From an uncultured virus (IMG/VR IMGVR_UViG_3300009618_000004) (taxonomy: Duplodnaviria; Heunggongvirae; Uroviricota; Caudoviricetes), in IMG/VR virus record IMGVR_UViG_3300009618_000004: DNA of 64,000 nt; one strand, written 5' to 3'. Made by a program: the position numbers and the translations under genes. The notes beneath the pieces are model-generated. The model ran no database searches and had not been told where the DNA came from. It was given only the letters and a program-made list of their open reading frames with translations. Positions 43,362-52,855 of the stretch are shown here, one piece after another. How positions within the stretch are numbered: position 1 is the first letter of the stretch; each line of letters begins with the position of its first letter.

Positions 43362-44336
43362 TCACCCAGTAATTCCTGACAAAATGAAGCCCAGGCGCGA
43401 CGCGCTGACCACGATGTTGCCGCCGAAGCAGAGCTGGCCGGCGGAGTCAACCGAGTTCGGCAGTTCCTTGAAGCCGGTGAACCCGAAGCCAAACAGTTCG
43501 TGATCCGAGATGTGGACATTCACGAAGTCGGTGTTCATGCCGAAGACGTATCCGGTCGGGCAATACTGGTCAACGACGAGCCGCTGGTTGTTGAACCGGA
43601 TGGCCGTGAAGCCGATGTTCTGCGCCTGGTCAACCATGATGTTGTCGTTGACGCGCTGCGCCGGAATCAGCTTGTTGTAGAGCTGGTTGTAGATCGACTG
43701 CGTGGTTGCGATCAGGTTCGGTTGGCGGTTGCCAAAGGTTCCCTGGCCATAGGCCTTCTGCAGCGCGGTGATCGACAGCGGCCCGGCGATGTTGGCGTAG
43801 TAGCCATTGATGCCGGTCGAGGCACCCGAGCCGATCGCGGCGCGGGGGAGGCCGCCATAGGTCGGATAGTTGGTGCCATCATCATACCCAGCGAGCAGGC
43901 CGTCCAACGCAATCTGCGAGGACACGGTTCCCTGGCCGTCGTTGTAGATGTCGGTCGCCAACGCCTGAGCCAGCGCCTGCGAACCGTTGATCATCTTCTC
44001 TTCGACGAAGCTCATTACCGCGTTGTTGCCCATGTTGATCGGCAACTGCGTGCCCTGAATGGTCACGTTCGCGTAGTAGAACTTCACCGCGAAGGTCATC
44101 GCCGTGTCCGTCTGGACATAGGAGATGTCGAAGGTGGAGCCTGGAGCGAACGGGCCAGCCTTCAGCGGCGCGTACTGAATCGGCTGCTGGATGTAGAGGC
44201 CACCCGGAAAAGGCTTGACCGTCTCACCTTTGAAGATCTGAACGAAAACCGGAGATACCTTGTAATACTCGTCCACGATCTCGGGGACAATCTCCTGCTT
44301 CGTTACTGCGCTGATGTCATTGATGTTAAGCGCCAT
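43362..44336 (-). CDS. Major capsid protein (HK97 fold)
   Basis: About 325 aa, directly after the scaffold. Motifs IVDEYYK.SP, GG..I..PIQY, IYNDG.G...LDGL, YGGL.R and VDQYCP. Confidence 0.9.
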   Translation of the reverse strand: MALNINDISAVTKQEIVPEIVDEYYKVSPVFVQIFKGETVKPFPGGLYIQQPIQYAPLKAGPFAPGSTFDISYVQTDTAMTFAVKFYYANVTIQGTQLPINMGNNAVMSFVEEKMINGSQALAQALATDIYNDGQGTVSSQIALDGLLAGYDDGTNYPTYGGLPRAAIGSGASTGINGYYANIAGPLSITALQKAYGQGTFGNRQPNLIATTQSIYNQLYNKLIPAQRVNDNIMVDQAQNIGFTAIRFNNQRLVVDQYCPTGYVFGMNTDFVNVHISDHELFGFGFTGFKELPNSVDSAGQLCFGGNIVVSASRLGFILSGITG

Positions 44337-44368
44337 CACTGGCCTCCGTTGTTAAAGTTTGTTGAGTC

Positions 44369-45088
44369 CTAGCTCGCCAATTCAACTTGGCGGGCCTGAA
44401 GCCTGTCGAGTGCCGCGGCCGCACGCCCCGCGCCGGTCGTTGGAGTTCCGTCCGCGCTGGTCTTGCCGCGGTTGATGAACATCCGAATGTTGCTGTTGGT
44501 TGCCGGCGGCGGAGTGGTTCCTGGAACCGCAGAGGATCCAGACCGCGCCTTGATGCCGTCCGCAATTCCTTTTTCAATGGTCTTCTGCTGAACAACCGGC
44601 GCCACGTAATCGTTGTAGGCATCGGTGATCGAGCGATAGCCGCGCGCCTTAACTTCCGGCTTCTCCAGGAACGCAGTGAAATCGGCAGAGTCAAATGGCG
44701 TACCAACCTCGCGCTCGTGGCGTCCGTAGATGCGGTTCAACTCGTCGGCCCGCGTGATCGAAATCTTCACAGCATTGTTGACCAGTTCGTCGCCGCGCGT
44801 CTTCACCACATCGGCAATTCGGGCGTCAACCGTCTCGTTGATCTTGCCGAGCTTCGCGTCGAGCATCCGGTCGATCGCACTCAAGTCAAACTGTCCAGTG
44901 ACGGGTGGAGGTGTGCTGCGCGCCGGAGGTGGTTCGGTTACCGTGGCCGGAGGTGTCGTCGAATCTCCGTCCCAATACTCAATCAATTCCTGACCGCGGG
45001 CAAGGCGGGTCGCCACCGCGCTGTTGCCCTCAATCTTCGCGAATTCTGCCGGGCTCAGTATGCCCTTCAAATCGTCAAGCAATGCCAT
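44369..45088 (-). CDS. Capsid scaffolding protein
   Basis: Helical protein with Pro-rich linkers immediately upstream of the capsid gene. Confidence 0.7.
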   Translation of the reverse strand: MALLDDLKGILSPAEFAKIEGNSAVATRLARGQELIEYWDGDSTTPPATVTEPPPARSTPPPVTGQFDLSAIDRMLDAKLGKINETVDARIADVVKTRGDELVNNAVKISITRADELNRIYGRHEREVGTPFDSADFTAFLEKPEVKARGYRSITDAYNDYVAPVVQQKTIEKGIADGIKARSGSSAVPGTTPPPATNSNIRMFINRGKTSADGTPTTGAGRAAAALDRLQARQVELAS

Positions 45089-45106
45089 ACACTACTCCCC
45101 TTCGCA

Positions 45107-45478
45107 CTAAGCTGCGTGCGACTCGTCTGTTTGGGATGGTGGAGGTGATGGAGGCCCGCCAGCCGGCGGCTCCGGTGGTGCTTCTGCCGGCTTGTCCTCG
45201 CCGGAATCCAAATCTTTCGGGTCTTTCTTCAGACCCTGGACGACCATGGCTTTGATGTCTTCCTTCATTTTGTCAAAGCCAGGCTTTAATTCCTTCTTGA
45301 GCTTCGCCATCTTGCTCAGGACACGGTACACGCCCGTCAACCCCTTCATCAACTCTTCATCCGCGTCCGGTTCGCCGCCGGGCTTTTTCGGTGGAGGCCC
45401 GCCCGCTGCGGCATCTCCGCCCGCAGGCAGGGCGTCGTAGAAATTCGGAGGGGCGGCGGTGGGGGCTGGCATCGGCAT
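45107..45478 (-). CDS. Pro-rich hypothetical head-region protein
   Basis: 123-aa ORF. Confidence 0.7.
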   Translation of the reverse strand: MPMPAPTAAPPNFYDALPAGGDAAAGGPPPKKPGGEPDADEELMKGLTGVYRVLSKMAKLKKELKPGFDKMKEDIKAMVVQGLKKDPKDLDSGEDKPAEAPPEPPAGGPPSPPPSQTDESHAA

Positions 45479-45481
45479 GGG

Positions 45482-45667
45482 TTACTTGCTCTTTCCTATC
45501 CCGACCGCGGGGTGCCCGGTTTTCTGGTTGACGCTGTAGCCGCGCGACGGAATCGGTTCGCCGTCGTGGATCGTATGGCCGAAGAGCGCAATCTTGCCGC
45601 CGGTCATTTTGGGGGCCGTAACGGTTGGGCCAAAAGTCTCTTCGCTGACGCGATCATTCTTTGCCAT
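45482..45667 (-). CDS. Small hypothetical protein
   Basis: RBS AGGAG precedes ATG 45667. Confidence 0.65.
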   Translation of the reverse strand: MAKNDRVSEETFGPTVTAPKMTGGKIALFGHTIHDGEPIPSRGYSVNQKTGHPAVGIGKSK

Positions 45668-45745
45668 GGAATTGCTCCTGGGTGTTGGGGGCCGGCGCAC
45701 CGGCCCCGGTTTCATCGTGGTGGTTGGTGCTTGACTGCACGAGAA

Positions 45746-45817
45746 CTACTTCTCGCGCTTGGAGCCGCGGTGGGACTTCCGCGACTTGTGTACGCGCTTG
45801 TGACCTTTGCGAGCCAT
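45746..45817 (-). CDS. 23-aa highly basic (protamine-like) peptide
   Basis: AAGGAGGA RBS, then MARKGHKRVHKSRKSHRGSKREK*. Confidence 0.65.
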   Translation of the reverse strand: MARKGHKRVHKSRKSHRGSKREK

Positions 45818-45964
45818 AGCGTCCTCCTTCTTTGGAGCGGTTTTTTTACGTGGCCTTCACCACGGTCAAGCAAGATGTTTCCATCAAGCCTCGAAGACAA
45901 TATCAATCACGTTGTCGGCGTTTTGCTCGCCTTGCGGCTAGTTTTTTTGAGGAAAATTAAAGAT

Positions 45965-45994
45965 TTGCAACTTTGCGCAACTTTGCGCTACTAT
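45965..45994 (+). promoter_or_regulatory. Promoter with tandem 10-bp direct repeats (candidate operator)
   Basis: TTGCAA-18-TACTAT, with GCAACTTTGC x2 at 45967-45986. Confidence 0.6.
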
Positions 45995-46000
45995 TCGTGC

Positions 46001-46174
46001 ATGGGAAACTTTTACCTCTCGCCCACAGAAGTTGCATCTCGTCTCGGTCTTGGAGTTGAAGCGGTTCGCCGCTTATTGAGGTCGGGGAAATTGCCTGGGG
46101 TTCATATCAGCCGAAAATGCTGGCGCATCTCCGATGACGACCTGAATGATTTTTTGAAAAAACGGAAAAGGTAG
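46001..46174 (+). CDS. Excisionase-family (MerR-like HTH) DNA-binding protein
   Basis: YLSPTEVASRLGLGVEAVRRLLRSGKLPG...WRISDDDLNDFL. Confidence 0.88.
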   Translation: MGNFYLSPTEVASRLGLGVEAVRRLLRSGKLPGVHISRKCWRISDDDLNDFLKKRKR

Positions 46175-46176
46175 AG

Positions 46177-47967
46177 CTACTTCTTTCCATGCGGATGCTG
46201 CAGCGCTCCAGCCGCGCCGGCCATCGCAATCTTCTCCGCGGCCTCTTCCTTGAGTTCGGCCTCAATCTTGTCCACATCCGCTTTTGGCACTCCCAGTTTG
46301 CGGTAGAGGCCTTTGCGCGATAGATCGCCAAGTTTGCGCATGACGAACGCCACCTGCACTTCGTCCTGCTTCTCGATGGCCAACAAGCTGCCTTTGCGAA
46401 TCGAGAAAATTGCCTGGCGCACAAACTCTTCCGGTTCCATTCCCTTTTCCAGCCATTGCCCGTAGAGCGGCTCGAAGTCCGCGTCCGTCAAGCCCTTGAC
46501 GCCAAACTTCTTAATGCGACTCTTGGAGGTTTCAAACTGCATTTTGTTGGCTGTAACCATCGTGCCGACATCGGTAAGAAAACTGTGCAGGCCGCGGCCC
46601 ATGAACCGAATGGGGATGGACCTGGAGTTCATAATCAACTCCAGCGAGTCGCCACCCGGAACCTGCTTTTTCTGCGCCGCCTGATTGATGGCCGCCGCGC
46701 CCGAGGTCATGTCCTGTTCTTTTTCCACATCCTGCTTCATTGTGAGAACGTAGGACGGCAGCTCGGGCGGCTTCGGAAACTCAGGAGATTTTGGCGCATT
46801 GTTGTTGTACATGATCTTGCCGCCGGGTGCGCCGGGATCCATCGAATCCCACACGCTCTGCGCAAACGCCGCCTTCGGCGCCACCATGCGCGGCTCGATC
46901 GCCGCCCGGATCATATCCATGATTCCGCCGTTGATCCGGTTCACAATGTCGCTCATCATGGCGATCGGCTCAAGCGGACTGCAGCCGTTCGGCGACCAAG
47001 GAACTCGAATCAGCCGGAGTTTGGCGAAGGGGTACATCGCGTGCCAGTAGGGATTCGGTCCATCTTGCAGGAGTTTACCGCCGGCCACAACAATGAACCT
47101 GCCGCGGGGATACCAGAGGCAACCGGGTTCGACCATGTACGACCAGTTGTAACGGGCATTGCCAACCAGCTTCGTCTCGCTGGTTTCATTCTTCGACCCG
47201 TCGCGGAACCAAAACTGCTTGAGCATGGCTTTGGGATAGCGTGACCGCTTTCCGTCCACCTGCTTTTTGCCAAGCAGTTTTTTGAGCGCGGGGTTCAAAC
47301 GGACCCAGGTGGCCTCCGACATCTTGCCGGGTCTGGACATATTCCCAGTCGGTTCGTTTCCCTCCAGGTCGGGAACAACGTCGTCGGCCAGGTCTCCATA
47401 GGTGCGCTTCAAGGTTTCTATGGTCACAGGCCAGCGCGCGGCGACGAGCTCGTCGTCCTGAATCCGGCTGCCCGCGCCAATCGTCATCACGTTGAGCGGC
47501 CCGAGCGGCATAAACTCGCAATCGCCCATGCCATTGTTGAGCGCGGAGTTCCACTGGATCTTGGCGTAGCCCGTGTGAAGCAGAGCCCACATCACCGATT
47601 GAGTCAGTTCCGCCTCGAAGTCCGTCATCCGCGCCCACATCCCGATCATCTCGTTGAGCAGTTCCGAGAGTTTGGCGAACTCCTCATCCTCGTTGTGAAA
47701 CTTGACCTGGAAGTCGGGTTCGATGTCGGTGAGCAGGCCGGCCATCTCGACGAACTGCCGGAAAAGGCGGTTGACCGTGGGGCGGGAGCGGCCAAACCGG
47801 GACTTCGCGTTCCACTGCTGGCCAGAGATGTAGTCGATGAGCCGGGAAGTCAGACGGATCTCGCGGGAGTCCGCAAGTTCGCGCTCGCACTCTTCATAAA
47901 CGGCATCCGCCCAGGCGAGGACTTCCCTCTCCAGCGCCTTTTCCGGTCTCTCTTTGAAGTCGCCCAT
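46177..47967 (-). CDS. Portal protein
   Basis: About 600 aa between terminase and head genes. Motifs G.QW, P.VNR, G.AKI.W, YPF...P, INGG...I and D.TSG. Confidence 0.85.
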   Translation of the reverse strand: MGDFKERPEKALEREVLAWADAVYEECERELADSREIRLTSRLIDYISGQQWNAKSRFGRSRPTVNRLFRQFVEMAGLLTDIEPDFQVKFHNEDEEFAKLSELLNEMIGMWARMTDFEAELTQSVMWALLHTGYAKIQWNSALNNGMGDCEFMPLGPLNVMTIGAGSRIQDDELVAARWPVTIETLKRTYGDLADDVVPDLEGNEPTGNMSRPGKMSEATWVRLNPALKKLLGKKQVDGKRSRYPKAMLKQFWFRDGSKNETSETKLVGNARYNWSYMVEPGCLWYPRGRFIVVAGGKLLQDGPNPYWHAMYPFAKLRLIRVPWSPNGCSPLEPIAMMSDIVNRINGGIMDMIRAAIEPRMVAPKAAFAQSVWDSMDPGAPGGKIMYNNNAPKSPEFPKPPELPSYVLTMKQDVEKEQDMTSGAAAINQAAQKKQVPGGDSLELIMNSRSIPIRFMGRGLHSFLTDVGTMVTANKMQFETSKSRIKKFGVKGLTDADFEPLYGQWLEKGMEPEEFVRQAIFSIRKGSLLAIEKQDEVQVAFVMRKLGDLSRKGLYRKLGVPKADVDKIEAELKEEAAEKIAMAGAAGALQHPHGKK

Positions 47968-48032
47968 CGCGGAAAGTTTACCTGATGCCAAAGGTTTCGG
48001 CGAGAACTTGCGGGGATATTTTCCTGAGCCGC

Positions 48033-48521
48033 CTACTCAACCTGTGACATTGCCCCGCGTATGATGTCTCTGTACTCGTTGTTTTTCTCGATCAGTGACT
48101 CATTCTGCCCGGTCAGCTCGTTGACCAACTTGGCCGTAGTCACCATTTCGGCGCCGTTCTTGATGCCCAACTTTCGCAGCTCGGCCGCCTGTGCGCCGTC
48201 GATCAACACCGGCTCGCCGGCCATGCAGCACCGAATGAGCGAGGCAATCGTCGGATGGAAGCGCTCGCCCAACACCTCTCTCGACCTCATCAGCACTTCC
48301 TGGTTGACCCAGATCTCAGCCTTCACGTCGCCGGCCCCCGGCGTGAATCGGACTTCGGTCTTCATCATGTCGGGCTTCATCGCCCAGAACTGAGCGTGGC
48401 TGAGGCGGTGGCCCATGAGGCAAAAGCAGTTCACATTGTCCCGCATTGCCTGCACGGATGGACTTCCATTATTGCGGCACATGGGGCAATACGCCCCGGT
48501 CACGTTGTTGCCAGTTAGCAT
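48033..48521 (-). CDS. Hypothetical protein with N-terminal CxxC
   Basis: RBS GGAGG precedes ATG 48521. Confidence 0.7.
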   Translation of the reverse strand: MLTGNNVTGAYCPMCRNNGSPSVQAMRDNVNCFCLMGHRLSHAQFWAMKPDMMKTEVRFTPGAGDVKAEIWVNQEVLMRSREVLGERFHPTIASLIRCCMAGEPVLIDGAQAAELRKLGIKNGAEMVTTAKLVNELTGQNESLIEKNNEYRDIIRGAMSQVE

Positions 48522-48817
48522 TGAGTAGCCTCCATTGCCATCAGTTTTTCCCATCGAGGTAGCCATACATCCCAACTTTCGCTGCAAGTAATTCCTTGCG
48601 CGTATTCAGGAGAATCTGAAGGAAATCCGTGAATTGGACAGCGCGGATTCCATGCGATAAACATTGAAGGGTGTGGAATGTCTGAGTTCTTCTTCCACCG
48701 CTCCACATATTCTGCGGTTTGAATTTTCTCAAAAGAAAGTTGCCGATGACACATACAACTCTCATCTGGTGCCGTCAAACAAGCCCACATCCACGCTGCA
48801 TGTTGCCTTTCATCCAT
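48515..48817 (-). CDS. Hypothetical protein (CxC...CPxH)
   Basis: 100-aa ORF with RBS AGGAG. Confidence 0.65.
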   Translation of the reverse strand: MDERQHAAWMWACLTAPDESCMCHRQLSFEKIQTAEYVERWKKNSDIPHPSMFIAWNPRCPIHGFPSDSPEYAQGITCSESWDVWLPRWEKLMAMEATQC

Positions 48818-48826
48818 TCTCGTCTC

Positions 48827-50986
48827 CTACCATTCGTCGCCGAAGTCTTCCAGTCCCCGCCCTGGCCCGGCGTTAGATAGAGCGGTCTTGTATGCCCATA
48901 CCAAGTCTGGAGTGATCTCCGTCGTGGCAAGGCCGTGCTTCGAGTGTAAATCAAATTCAGCGCCCATTGTATCGAAGATTGGCGAAAAAAGCGTATTTGC
49001 GTTGCAGACAAGGATGGGCTTCACCTGCCAGCCCGCCTTGCCTTCGATCATCTTGTCAGCTTCCGCCTGGGTGTTATACTGCCCGCGCTGGCGCATGATG
49101 TTGTCGTAGACGCCGTAGATGTGGAGTTCGCCGCTCTGCCGGACGTGCTCGGTTGACGCGCTCGTCTTGAGGTGCTTAGAGGTCTCTCTCAAACAATACA
49201 GACAAATCATTGAGGCCATCACGGAATCGTCATGGTTTCCTTGGCCCTCTATTCGACCGCCTCTCTCTATCTCCGCAAAATCATACATCTCATCCAAGAG
49301 ACCGGCGCTACGAATCATCACACTTATAAGAGTCTTTCCTTGGATTATACGACGCTCTAACAACGCTTCATTCATTGTTCCAATAATCTCAGTTCGCGTT
49401 TTGTGGTTGGTAACGAAATGGAGCCAGTTGGTATTCTGGTTTACGATTTTATCGCGCCATTGTGGGCGATATAAGTTTGGATAATCTAGATCGCGGATTT
49501 CGTTTCCGGTTGTTATTCCATCCGCCTCGTACTCAATCGCAACTTCGGCGCTATTATAAAACAATCCAATCGCGGCTATTACGTGGGCAAACGCTTTTGG
49601 GGGGATCCATCCCCACCATTCAGCGACCTGAGTATCTGGTTCAACTCCATGTCCAACGCGAAACACTTCACAGACACTAAAATCTCCCCCGTTTCCTAAA
49701 GCTACATCGGCAGCCACATAGTATGTGGCTCCGATTTCCGGCATCTCCCATACATGAAATCTTTTCCCCCCTACTCCTGATTTTCTATCTGGCAACTTTT
49801 CGCCTTGCTCGACCGGCAATATGTCTACCGTGTTAACCCTTGGCGGCTCCATTGAAATAAGATTTATCTCACCTGCATAACTTGGAATACATACGCTGTT
49901 TATATCCTGCCATTCCAGAGAGTCGCGGTCGAACGCGCAGAGACCCGATGATTGGAAGGCTTCATTCGGAGTCAAGGGATACGATTCAAGAAACCCCTGC
50001 TTTTTCCTCGCCATCTTTAATCGCTTGCGGCGGAATATCCAGAAATTGTCTGGTATCTCAAAATTCTCTTCTTTTTTTATTTTATCTCGGAAAGCTATCT
50101 CGCTTTCATTTAGTTCATAGATTGGTGGCATATCCTTGGGAAGCGTATAGTATTTGCGAACCTTGTACACTGGAATCCACACGGGACGAAGATCGCTATC
50201 GCCCTTCATCGCCGAACACCACTCTCCATAAAACAATCCTTCGCGGCCATATCCTGTGGACTCAAACACTTGGTAAGTATCCCGCGCATTCATTGACGGT
50301 TTCATGTCGGCCTCGTACACTTCGTCGTTAGGCCACCTTGAAACCTCCGAGCCGTGCAAGTTACGAATTGACCTGCCAATTGCAACTCCTGTCGTCTTAG
50401 TAGCTGCCGATACTCGAAGTCCAGACCCTAGACCTGGATCAACCATGCGCTCTTTCTCGTCGGCGCGCTGAAACTCAATTCCTCCATTTTTTGTTTTATA
50501 CATCCACTCTGGCTTTAGCCACCACGGAAGGTTTGTGTAGGCGTTGAGACTCATTTGGTAAATATATTCAGAGGTGTCGTCGTCCTGCGCCACAATCATT
50601 GTGAATGAAAGCGGAGTAAACATGGTTCGGTGAAGCATGGACGCGGCAGTCCACACACTAATTCCTGTTTGCCTTGGTTTTAGAACGATAATCTTACAGC
50701 ATCCCTTATTTTCCCATTCTTCTTGTACGGCCTCGTAAAGAATTTCTTGGTGATCCCAAAATGGAAACAGGGTTTTATATTGTCCATGCTCTGTTTTGAT
50801 TACATGGTAGTTTTCCAAGTAATAGCGAGTATCTAAAGCTTTTCCAATCTCATTATCAATAAATTGTAATCCTCCGTTTGGAAGTTCTGCCCAGGCACGG
50901 TCTATATCTTGATTGCAGTTGATAAAATGGTCTTGTAAGACCTCAATTGAGTCATTGAGTGTGGGGTCTTTACGGGGTATTCGCAT
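48827..50986 (-). CDS. terL: Terminase large subunit
   Basis: LKPRQTGIS (Walker A), LHGSEV (Walker B), FESTG, AADVALG.GGDFS and HDDSVMA (nuclease). Confidence 0.95.
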   Translation of the reverse strand: MRIPRKDPTLNDSIEVLQDHFINCNQDIDRAWAELPNGGLQFIDNEIGKALDTRYYLENYHVIKTEHGQYKTLFPFWDHQEILYEAVQEEWENKGCCKIIVLKPRQTGISVWTAASMLHRTMFTPLSFTMIVAQDDDTSEYIYQMSLNAYTNLPWWLKPEWMYKTKNGGIEFQRADEKERMVDPGLGSGLRVSAATKTTGVAIGRSIRNLHGSEVSRWPNDEVYEADMKPSMNARDTYQVFESTGYGREGLFYGEWCSAMKGDSDLRPVWIPVYKVRKYYTLPKDMPPIYELNESEIAFRDKIKKEENFEIPDNFWIFRRKRLKMARKKQGFLESYPLTPNEAFQSSGLCAFDRDSLEWQDINSVCIPSYAGEINLISMEPPRVNTVDILPVEQGEKLPDRKSGVGGKRFHVWEMPEIGATYYVAADVALGNGGDFSVCEVFRVGHGVEPDTQVAEWWGWIPPKAFAHVIAAIGLFYNSAEVAIEYEADGITTGNEIRDLDYPNLYRPQWRDKIVNQNTNWLHFVTNHKTRTEIIGTMNEALLERRIIQGKTLISVMIRSAGLLDEMYDFAEIERGGRIEGQGNHDDSVMASMICLYCLRETSKHLKTSASTEHVRQSGELHIYGVYDNIMRQRGQYNTQAEADKMIEGKAGWQVKPILVCNANTLFSPIFDTMGAEFDLHSKHGLATTEITPDLVWAYKTALSNAGPGRGLEDFGDEW

Positions 50987-51686
50987 TCCCTACCTCGCCT
51001 TCATCGTCATCTTCCTCTCCACCAAATTCCTTAAACTCGTTATAAATCTCATCTTCTGTCGTGATTACCTCATCCTCCTCAATATCTTGGCCATTCGTCA
51101 AACCTGCCTGCTCGCGCTTCTTGCGGAGAATCGCCTCGAAGCTCATACCGGGACCGAGTCCGCTGCCGCCCATTACTCCGGCGTTGAATTGCTGATTCAA
51201 CTGCAAGGCTGGCGTTTTGGGCTGGACTGTCTCCATCATGCCGCGGACTTGCTCGACGGTTTTCAGGCGCATCGCGGTGTCGGGATGCGTTTTCACTGTC
51301 CCAGTTTCCTTGTCCACAAAAATAACCTTCTCCGCTTTCATGCCGTCCTTGAAGACGGTACTCACACCGTCGAGTTGGTCCATCAGCACCTGGACGGCTT
51401 TGACGTTGAGCACGGAGAGTTGGTTGCGGAAGGTCCATTCTTTGATGCGGTCGATCGACGCCTTGACGGTGAGAGGGTTGACGCCCTCCTCGGCTGCTAT
51501 TTGCGCCTCGGTCTTCTGGAGGCCTTCGACCTGGAACCAGCGGCGGAGATCCGCCTCGGTGGGACTCGCCAAGTTTCGATAACGGTTCACCCGGCTCTTG
51601 CTGCGCACGGCCAGTGCTGAACCCGGCGGCGGTACGGGAGCTTTAGGCGGCCTGCCCACTCGCTTTTTGCTTGCCGCTACGGGCAT
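50970..51686 (-). CDS. terS: Probable terminase small subunit
   Basis: Directly upstream of terL; N-terminal HTH (AQIAAEEGVNPLTVKASI) and PD..MRLK. Confidence 0.65.
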   Translation of the reverse strand: MPVAASKKRVGRPPKAPVPPPGSALAVRSKSRVNRYRNLASPTEADLRRWFQVEGLQKTEAQIAAEEGVNPLTVKASIDRIKEWTFRNQLSVLNVKAVQVLMDQLDGVSTVFKDGMKAEKVIFVDKETGTVKTHPDTAMRLKTVEQVRGMMETVQPKTPALQLNQQFNAGVMGGSGLGPGMSFEAILRKKREQAGLTNGQDIEEDEVITTEDEIYNEFKEFGGEEDDDEGEVGNANTP

Positions 51687-51690
51687 GGAC

Positions 51691-52284
51691 TTAAACCTCG
51701 ACTGGAGACTCTGTGAGGATTGCCTGCTCCTCGGCCTGGGCTTGCTGGTCGAGAATCGCGGTGGGGCTCAGTCCGAACCCGGAAGGCGGCGCTCCGAAGG
51801 TGGACTCCTCGGGCGCAAACTCGTTGGCGCCGTACTCGTGCATCGACCGGGATTCAGTTTCGAGAAAGAGTTGCTGGAGGACACCAATCGCCTTCTCCAG
51901 CCGGAGGCAGGCTTGGATGCTGCGCGCGGCCGCACTCTGTAGAGCCTCAGCGTTGATTTTGTCGATTCCAGCCTGCATGGCGGCGCGGTGCGCTTCCAGA
52001 ATGGCAGCCAGTTCGCGGCGGTGATCTTCAAGCAACCCGCGGACCTCGGTGCGAATCGCGGCAAACGCCGACTTCGCCGACTCGATGGCGGCCTTGCTCT
52101 CCGCCTGGTGCGCGGCCAGTAGCCGGCTAGTCTCTGCATAGACTGAGGCTGATTCCGCCTTCGCCGCGGCTTGTTGCCGCTTCAGGCTCCACGCCAGCCA
52201 GATCAGGACGGCAACCCCGCCCAGCAGCAAAAAAAGGAACAGGGCGGCAAGGATGGAGAGGGAGACGATTCCTACGATGCTCAT
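51691..52284 (-). CDS. Membrane-anchored coiled-coil protein, first gene of the late operon
   Basis: N-terminal hydrophobic stretch of about 30 aa, then a coiled coil. Confidence 0.7.
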   Translation of the reverse strand: MSIVGIVSLSILAALFLFLLLGGVAVLIWLAWSLKRQQAAAKAESASVYAETSRLLAAHQAESKAAIESAKSAFAAIRTEVRGLLEDHRRELAAILEAHRAAMQAGIDKINAEALQSAAARSIQACLRLEKAIGVLQQLFLETESRSMHEYGANEFAPEESTFGAPPSGFGLSPTAILDQQAQAEEQAILTESPVEV

Positions 52285-52291
52285 GGTTGGC

Positions 52292-52377
52292 AGTTTACGC
52301 CTTCGTTTTTCCGCTTGCAAGATTTTTCTTATAAACCTCTTTTGTCACATTGACTCGCCGTGACATTGTGATATATT
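52292..52377. promoter_or_regulatory. Divergent promoter region (late operon leftward, replication gene rightward)
   Basis: Minus strand: TTGCAA(52315-20)-17-TAAACT(52292-97). Plus strand: TTGACT(52350-55) with extended -10 TGnTATATT(52372-77). Inverted repeat TGTCAC/GTGACA. Confidence 0.65.
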
Positions 52378-52384
52378 ACCTCTC

Positions 52385-52855
52385 ATGGCCTTCGTAAAAC
52401 TTGACACCGGAATCCTTGATTCAACCCTGTGGATCGAACGCGATCTGCGGGAAGTCTTTATCACAGCCCTGCTTATGGCGGAGCCAAAAGAGTTTGATGA
52501 ACCAATTCGGCAAATCGAAGTCAGCCGCATGGAGTTCACGAATTTTACCGCGCCGCCCGGCTGGTATGGGTTTGTTCCGGCTGCCAGTTTTGGGATTATC
52601 AACCGGGCTGGAGTTGAAAGGGATGCCGGCATCGAAGCTCTTCGTCGCCTGGGAGAACCGGAGATTGAGAGCCGATCGAAGGACTTCGAGGGGCGCCGAA
52701 TGATCCGTATGGATGGTGGGTATTTGATACTTAACTATATGAAATATCGAGACAAAGACCACACAGCGGCAGAACGGCAACGACGACTTCGTGAGCGAAG
52801 AAAAGCTGAAAAAGAGGGCGGTGTCACTCGTGACGTACATAAAGTTACTGCGTGA
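52385..52855 (+). CDS. Phage replication initiator / replisome organiser N-terminal domain (short or truncated)
   Basis: FVKLD.GILDSTLW, SRSKDFEGRR, GYLILNYMKYR and AERQRRLRER, followed by an iteron-like VTRDV region. Confidence 0.75.
   Translation: MAFVKLDTGILDSTLWIERDLREVFITALLMAEPKEFDEPIRQIEVSRMEFTNFTAPPGWYGFVPAASFGIINRAGVERDAGIEALRRLGEPEIESRSKDFEGRRMIRMDGGYLILNYMKYRDKDHTAAERQRRLRERRKAEKEGGVTRDVHKVTA

Noticed and set aside
43196..43519. Programmed frameshift extension of the major capsid protein
   Set aside because: The overlapping frame is open, but there is no convincing slippery site and the downstream part has its own RBS and ATG (43339).
51691..52284. Holin or lysis cassette
   Set aside because: It has only a single long hydrophobic segment and no endolysin or spanin was recognised nearby. 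Lysis genes may lie outside the window.
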